From Fibrobacterota bacterium (GTDB lineage Bacteria; Fibrobacterota; Fibrobacteria; UBA11236), in contig JAEKLQ010000032.1 of NCBI GenBank assembly GCA_019509785.1, positions 11,229 to 75,228 of the forward strand: a DNA stretch of 64,000 nucleotides. Reading direction: 5' to 3'. The position numbers and the translations under genes are program-made. Below are positions 58,380-64,000 of the stretch, one piece after another (position 1 is the stretch's first letter; the number at the start of each line of letters is the position of its first letter). Under the pieces are notes generated by a model. It was given only the letters and a program-made list of their open reading frames with translations. It made no database searches and was not told where the DNA came from.

Positions 58380-58505
58380 GGGTATAGGGTAAAGGGTACA
58401 GGGTTAATCAAGACCAATCCAATCTGCCGCCGGGCATCGCCCTTTACCCTTTACCCTTTACCCTTTACCCTTTACCCTTTACCCTTTACCCTTTACCCTA
58501 AAACC
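58380..58505. repeat. Gene-less inverted heptamer cassette
   Basis: GGGTATA GGGTAAA GGGTACA GGGTTAA (58380-58407), a ~32-nt spacer, then (TTTACCC)8 at 58443-58498. Confidence 0.9.
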
Positions 58506-58577
58506 CCCACCGGCCATCTACTATCTCCACTCCGCGAGAAAACTATCTTCTCCCCACACCCTTCGGAGGTTTCTTCC

Positions 58578-59585
58578 GTGAACGTTCTCGTCGTCGGCGG
58601 AGCCGGATACATAGGCTCCCATGTGGTCAAGGCCCTGTTGCGCGCGGGCGCGCGGGTTACCGTGTTCGACAACCTTTCTTCGGGCCTACGGGGCAACCTG
58701 CGGCCCGGGGCGAAGTTCCGGCATGGCGACATTCTCGATTCCCGCGCCCTGGATGAAGCTTGCGCCGGGGAGGGCGCCGCCGGTGAAGGCGCCTACGACG
58801 GGGTCATCCATCTTGCCGCCCTCAAGGCCGCGGGCGACTCCATGCTGCAACCCGAGAAATATTCCACCCATAACATAACGGGCACCTTGAACCTTTTGAA
58901 CGCGGTCGCGCGCGCGGGCATCAAGCACTTCGTGTTCTCTTCCTCCGCGGCCGTCTACGGCGATCCGGTTTACCAGCCCATGGACGAAAAGCATCCGACC
59001 GTGCCCGCCAATTATTACGGCTACACCAAATTGGCCATCGAAGGATTCCTGGATTGGTACCAGCGCCTGAAGGGCGTCCGCTTCGCCGCCTTGCGCTATT
59101 TCAACGCGGCCGGTTACGATCTCGACGGGGAAATTAATGGCCTGGAGCAGAACCCCAACAACTTGTTGCCTGTCATCATGGAAGCGGCCATGGGCTGGCG
59201 GAAGGAACTCCAGGTATTCGGAAACGACTATCCGACCCGGGACGGGACCTGCATCCGCGATTATATCCATGTGGAGGATTTGGCTTCCGCCCATGTCCTG
59301 GCCTTGCAAAAGCTGATGGCGGGCACCGATCGGTTAGTGGTCAACCTGGGGACGGGCTCAGGCATCACCGTGATGGAAATGGTGAAAATGGCCGGGGAAA
59401 TCTCCGGAAAACCCGTTCCCTACCGCATGGTAGGCCGCCGCGAAGGCGATCCCCCCTCCGTGACCGCATCCGCCGGCTTGGCCAAACAGCTGCTGGGATG
59501 GGAGGCGAAACACAGCGATGTAGGTACTTTATTGAGAACCACCTGGAAGGCCTATCAAGCCAATGCCAAGGAACGATTGAACTAA
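58578..59585 (+). CDS. galE: UDP-glucose 4-epimerase
   Basis: GGAGYIGSH, FSSSAAVYG, YGYTK, RYFNAAG and DGTCIRDYIHV. Confidence 0.95.
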   Translation: MNVLVVGGAGYIGSHVVKALLRAGARVTVFDNLSSGLRGNLRPGAKFRHGDILDSRALDEACAGEGAAGEGAYDGVIHLAALKAAGDSMLQPEKYSTHNITGTLNLLNAVARAGIKHFVFSSSAAVYGDPVYQPMDEKHPTVPANYYGYTKLAIEGFLDWYQRLKGVRFAALRYFNAAGYDLDGEINGLEQNPNNLLPVIMEAAMGWRKELQVFGNDYPTRDGTCIRDYIHVEDLASAHVLALQKLMAGTDRLVVNLGTGSGITVMEMVKMAGEISGKPVPYRMVGRREGDPPSVTASAGLAKQLLGWEAKHSDVGTLLRTTWKAYQANAKERLN

Positions 59586-59647
59586 TCGCTCCTGCATGGC
59601 CGCCGCGCGGCGAGATGGAATCCTTACCCGTGGCGAAAGGGATTGGC

Positions 59648-61141
59648 ATGAAGGAATTCCCGGCTACCTTAGGGGATCTCAAGCGCTCGGGTTGGCGCAG
59701 CAAATCGGTCAAGGATGAATTGAGGGACAACCTGCTGGCCCGCATCCGCGGCCGGTCGGATGGCGACTTGCGGGATCCGTTGATGCCCGGCATCGTCGGA
59801 TACGAAGAGACGGTGCTCAAACAATTGACGCATGCGATCCTGTCCCGGCACGACATCCTGCTCTTAGGATTACGCGGGCAAGGCAAGACCCGCATCCTGC
59901 GGCAGCTGGCGAGCTTCCTGGACGATCGCATCCCCATCGTGGCGGGCAGCGAGGTCAACGACGACCCGTACGCGCCCATCTCGCGCTACGCCCAGGAAAA
60001 GATCGCCGCCCAAGGCGACGAAACGCCCATCGAGTGGATCGGACGCGAAAGGCGCTACGGCGAGAAGCTGGCCACGCCGGACGTGTCCATGGCCGATCTT
60101 ATCGGCGACATCGATCCGGTCAAGGCCTTCCACCAGAAGATCGGGTACGGCCACGAAGGCGCCATCCAGTTCGGGATCATCCCGCGCACCAACCGGGGCA
60201 TCTTCGTCATCAACGAGCTTCCCGATTTGCAAGCGCGCATCCAGGTGGGCCTGCTGAACATCATGGAAGAGCGCGACATCCAGATCCGCAGCTTCCGGGT
60301 GCGCATCCCGTTGGACATCCTGATGGCCTTTTCCGCCAATCCCGAGGACTATACCAACCGGGGCAATATCATTACGCCTCTCAAGGATCGCATCGATTCG
60401 CAGATCATCACCCACTACCCGAAGAATGCCGAAGCCGCGATGGAGATCACGAAGCAAGAAGCGCGCATCCACACCTCCGGTCCGCAGCCCGTCATTTCCG
60501 ACTTGATCCGCCTGGCCATCGAGCAAATCGCCTTCGAGGCCCGCGAGGACAAGGATTACGTGGACCAGAAGTCCGGCGTCTCCGCCCGCTTGCCCATCGC
60601 CGCCATGGAGCTCCTGGGGAGCGCGGTGGAATTGCGGGGCCTGCTGACCGGGGAAGATGCGCCGCGGGCCCGCCTTTCGGATCTGGAAGCGGTGGTTCCC
60701 GCCATCACCGGCAAGCTGGAGCTGGTATACGCCGGAGAGCAGGAAGGCCCGGCCAACATCGCCCGCGCCATGGTGGGCAAGGCGGTACGGACGGTTTTCC
60801 ATAAGCTCTTCGCCGATCCCTACAACAAGAAGGAAAAGCAGCCTGAGGAGAATCCCTACTATCCGATCATCTCGTGGTTCGAAAAAGGCAATACCCTCAC
60901 CTTGGGTGATCGCATGACGGACGCGCAATACCGGAAGGCCCTGGAGTCGGTTCCGGATATCCGCAAGGCGGCGGCGCGCGCGGCCCTGGATCCCAAGGCC
61001 CTGGAAAAGGAGAAGGCGGACGATATGCTGCACCTCGAGTTCTTGCTCGAAGGTCTGCATCTGCATTCGCGCCTGAGCAAGGAAAACCTTTCCGAAGGCT
61101 TCACTTACCGCGACATGATGTCGGACATCCTGAAGGACTGA
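59648..61141 (+). CDS. AAA+ ATPase, magnesium chelatase/MoxR-like
   Basis: GLRGQGKT Walker A, INELPDL, ANPEDY and PLKDR. Confidence 0.88.
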   Translation: MKEFPATLGDLKRSGWRSKSVKDELRDNLLARIRGRSDGDLRDPLMPGIVGYEETVLKQLTHAILSRHDILLLGLRGQGKTRILRQLASFLDDRIPIVAGSEVNDDPYAPISRYAQEKIAAQGDETPIEWIGRERRYGEKLATPDVSMADLIGDIDPVKAFHQKIGYGHEGAIQFGIIPRTNRGIFVINELPDLQARIQVGLLNIMEERDIQIRSFRVRIPLDILMAFSANPEDYTNRGNIITPLKDRIDSQIITHYPKNAEAAMEITKQEARIHTSGPQPVISDLIRLAIEQIAFEAREDKDYVDQKSGVSARLPIAAMELLGSAVELRGLLTGEDAPRARLSDLEAVVPAITGKLELVYAGEQEGPANIARAMVGKAVRTVFHKLFADPYNKKEKQPEENPYYPIISWFEKGNTLTLGDRMTDAQYRKALESVPDIRKAAARAALDPKALEKEKADDMLHLEFLLEGLHLHSRLSKENLSEGFTYRDMMSDILKD

Positions 61142-61143
61142 AG

Positions 61144-62286
61144 ATGGAGATCCGCTATGGCCAAGCCCTACCGGATCCGGAGGGCGGAGAAGGCGAAGGC
61201 CAGGACGGGGCCGACCTGGTCGATCTGTTCTCGCAGCTTTTCCTGCGGAGCAACGGCGACGCGCGGCAGGCCTTGGAGTGGCTGCGTCGCATCGCCGAAC
61301 GGCAGGGCTGGCTGGGTCGCGAGCGTACCTTCGAGGACATGCTCGACGAGCTCGAAGAGAAGGGCGTCATCAAGCGCGATCACGGCGATTTCAGTATTAC
61401 CCCGGCGGGAGACCGGGCGGTGCGGGAATCGGTGTTCGAAAGGGTTTTCAAGGGCTTGGGCAAGAGCTTCCGCGGCGGCCATAACACGGGTAAGCTGGGG
61501 AAGGGAGGCGAGCGGCAGGCGGAGACCCGTCCTTACGCATTCGGGGACGAGCTGGCCGATCTGGATTTTTCGGAAACCCTGAAGAATGGTTTGCGGCGGG
61601 GCGCCGAGGAGGGCGCGGGATCCTCTCTGCCGGACGCATGGTCCGGGCTACCGTCGGAGGGGCTCTCGGAAGAGGATTTCGAAGTCCATGAACGCGAGCA
61701 ACTCGCCAGTTGCTCCACCGTACTGATGATCGACATCAGCCATAGCATGATCCTCTATGGCGAGGATCGCATCACCCCGGCTAAGATGGTGGCCATGTCC
61801 CTGGCCGAATTCATCAAACGCAATTACCCCCGCGATACCCTCGACGTGATCACCTTCGGCGACGAAGCCAAGGAAATCCCGGCGGACAAGATTGCCCACG
61901 TGGCGGTGGGGCCTTACCATACCAATACCTGCGACGGCCTGCGGTTGGCGCAAAACCTGTTGCGCAAACGAAAGAATTCCAACAAGCAGATATTCATGGT
62001 GACCGACGGCAAGCCCTCGGCGGTATTCGACCGGGGCCGCCTCTACCGCAATTCCTTCGGGCTCGATCCCCTGGTCTTGCAGAAGACATTCGCCGAAGGC
62101 CGCGCCTGCCGTAAGAACAAGATCCGCGTATGCACCTTCATGATCGCCAAGGATCCTTACCTGGTGGAATTCGTGGAGGAATTCAGCCAGGTATCCGGCG
62201 GGCAGGCGTTTTATACGGGCCTGGACGGACTAGGCGAATTCATCTTCGTGGACTACGCCGCCCATCGCCGCGGAAAGATCCGATAG
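61144..62286 (+). CDS. VWA domain protein (partner of the AAA+ ATPase)
   Basis: DISHS MIDAS motif, TN and VTDG. Confidence 0.88.
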   Translation: MEIRYGQALPDPEGGEGEGQDGADLVDLFSQLFLRSNGDARQALEWLRRIAERQGWLGRERTFEDMLDELEEKGVIKRDHGDFSITPAGDRAVRESVFERVFKGLGKSFRGGHNTGKLGKGGERQAETRPYAFGDELADLDFSETLKNGLRRGAEEGAGSSLPDAWSGLPSEGLSEEDFEVHEREQLASCSTVLMIDISHSMILYGEDRITPAKMVAMSLAEFIKRNYPRDTLDVITFGDEAKEIPADKIAHVAVGPYHTNTCDGLRLAQNLLRKRKNSNKQIFMVTDGKPSAVFDRGRLYRNSFGLDPLVLQKTFAEGRACRKNKIRVCTFMIAKDPYLVEFVEEFSQVSGGQAFYTGLDGLGEFIFVDYAAHRRGKIR

Positions 62287-62392
62287 GGCTTGGCGCCGGG
62301 GATGACCCGGCCCTATTCCTCCGCACCGGCCCGGTCCGTTACCTTTGGTTTTACTCCAAGCGTCCTAGCATCAGGTCGTTCCCGGAGGCCCT

Positions 62393-63208
62393 ATGTCCCA
62401 TCCTACCCTCACGGTCGTCATCCCCTATTACAACGAAGCCGGGTTCCTGCCGCGGACCCTGCGTTGCTTTTTATCCCAAACCCGGCTTCCCGATCAGTTG
62501 ATCCTGATCGATAACGGTTCCACCGACGGGACGGAGGCCCTATGCCGGGCGGTATTGGAAGGGGCTCCCATCCGGGACATTGCGTTCTTGCGGGAGCCGC
62601 GCCCGGGAAAGACTTTCGCCTTGGCCGCGGCCGAGCCCTACGTGCGTGGGGACTTGATCGCTTTCGCCGATGCCGATATCGAGTATCCGCCGCGTTACCT
62701 GGAACACGCCGCGCGTTTGTTCGCGAAGTCCGGGCCGGAAGTGGTGGCGGTCATGGCGCTGTACTTGCATACCCCGCCCCAAGGCCCTACCGCCTTGGCG
62801 TACCGCGCCGTCATGCCGATCCTCTCCCGCTTCTTCCCCACCAAATGCCTCACCGGCGGGGGAGGGCAGGTGTTCCGCAGCGATGCTTTCCGCCGGGCCG
62901 GGGGCTTCTCCGGCTCCGCTTGGGAGCACGTGCTGCTGGATCACGAGATCATGCACCGCGTCTTCAAGCAGGGAACCTCGCGTTACCATCCGGCTTTCTG
63001 GTGCCTCCATTCCAATCGGCGCGGAAGCCGCCAGTCGGTGCGCTGGAACGTATGGGAACGCTTCCTATACCTTTACATGCCGCCCTTCGGATTGGATTGG
63101 TATTTCTACCGGTACCTGGGGCCCAAGCTGGGCCGTAGGAAAATGTCGCAGTTGAAATTGCGGGAGCAGAAATGGAACCGGACCGGGGGAGCTAACCCCT
63201 CTCCCTGA
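62393..63208 (+). CDS. Glycosyltransferase family 2
   Basis: VVIPYYNE, IDNGSTDGT and FADAD. Confidence 0.9.
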   Translation: MSHPTLTVVIPYYNEAGFLPRTLRCFLSQTRLPDQLILIDNGSTDGTEALCRAVLEGAPIRDIAFLREPRPGKTFALAAAEPYVRGDLIAFADADIEYPPRYLEHAARLFAKSGPEVVAVMALYLHTPPQGPTALAYRAVMPILSRFFPTKCLTGGGGQVFRSDAFRRAGGFSGSAWEHVLLDHEIMHRVFKQGTSRYHPAFWCLHSNRRGSRQSVRWNVWERFLYLYMPPFGLDWYFYRYLGPKLGRRKMSQLKLREQKWNRTGGANPSP

Positions 63209-64000
63209 TCCCGTCCGCTTTCACCGACTCGGTCCCGATGGCATCCCCGCCTTTGCATTTCACCGCGTACATCGCCTCGTCGGCGCGTTGCAGGAATTCC
63301 TTGACCACGTGGGCGGTTTCCTTGTTTTCATCCCCCGGGAGGTATTGCGAGATGCCGATGGAAAGCGAAGTGGGTTCGGCATGCAGCCTTCGGAAGGCGT
63401 TCAGGATGCGATCGCAGATGACCTTGGCGCCGTCGATCTTGGTATCGGGCAGGAGCAGGACGAACTCGTCCCCGCCGTAGCGGTAGGCCGAATCCATCTC
63501 GGCGCGGATCTCGCTCGTGAAGATGTTGCCCAGCATCACCAGGAGATGATCGCCGGCCTGATGGCCCTTGCTGTCGTTATAGACCTTGAACTTATCCACG
63601 TCGATGAGGGCGATGGAAATGGGGCGGTTGGGGAAACGCTTCTGCGCGCGGATGAGGCGGCCCAGCTCCGCATTCAAATGCCTCACGTTGTATAGGCCGG
63701 TGAGGCTGTCCGTGATCACGAGGCGCAGCAATTGTTCGTTCTTCTCGTGCAACTGGCTTTCCAGTTGCTTGCGCTTGGTGATATTGCTGCAGTTGAAAAC
63801 CTCGCCGATCACCTCTTTGTCCCGGTTGAGCATGCGGGTCACGCTGAGGGAGATCCAGATCTCTTCTCCGGAATCGGTCTGCTTGATGAGCAATTCGGGC
63901 GCTTCGGCCGAGCCGTGTTCGTCCACGCGCGCCAGCAAGGCGGAGATTTCCACGGGACTCGCGAACAAGGCGTGGACTTCCTTCCCCAGCACATCGGTCT
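63192..64000 (-). CDS. PAS-domain diguanylate cyclase, 5' end outside the window
   Basis: DSLTGLYN, DVDKFK.YND..GH..GD, RYGGDEF and ADEAMY. Confidence 0.92.
   Translation of the reverse strand, partial: TDVLGKEVHALFASPVEISALLARVDEHGSAEAPELLIKQTDSGEEIWISLSVTRMLNRDKEVIGEVFNCSNITKRKQLESQLHEKNEQLLRLVITDSLTGLYNVRHLNAELGRLIRAQKRFPNRPISIALIDVDKFKVYNDSKGHQAGDHLLVMLGNIFTSEIRAEMDSAYRYGGDEFVLLLPDTKIDGAKVICDRILNAFRRLHAEPTSLSIGISQYLPGDENKETAHVVKEFLQRADEAMYAVKCKGGDAIGTESVKADGIRERG

Noticed and set aside
58443..58498. Eukaryotic telomere contamination
   Set aside because: A short internal array embedded between intact bacterial genes and paired with an inverted arm.
59648..62286. AAA+/VWA pair as a novel system
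   Set aside because: A widespread, recognised chaperone-like pairing with nothing unusual here.

Overview
High-GC bacterial chromosomal window, possibly Fibrobacterota-like (inferred from gene style, not verified). Most of it is housekeeping and envelope genes: transaldolase, acs, hisE-hisG, ahpC, a frameshifted glgP, prs, lpxH, larC, galE, kinases, and an AAA+/VWA pair. No rRNA, tRNA, cas genes or transposases are visible. Four features stand out. (1) A ~15 kb, largely translationally coupled lipid-tailoring cluster (10573-25583) encoding a Rieske oxygenase, a desaturase fused to a squalene/phytoene-synthase-like domain, a GH3 adenylating ligase, two more desaturases, two B12-radical SAM enzymes, two GNAT-like proteins, an inverted sulfotransferase, a lipoprotein and a P450, with no ACP or KS. 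(2) An orphan phage/CIS tail-tube homolog with a twin-arginine signal peptide, set among three paralogous secreted Ig-domain proteins (27094-33938). (3) Two diverged copies of a ~190-nt intergenic element whose nested stems differ in sequence but keep pairing around conserved loop motifs (25744-25939 and 44555-44742). (4) A four-helix-bundle gene bracketed by inverted GGGTAAA/TTTACCC heptamer arrays, plus a gene-less copy of the same cassette 18 kb away.
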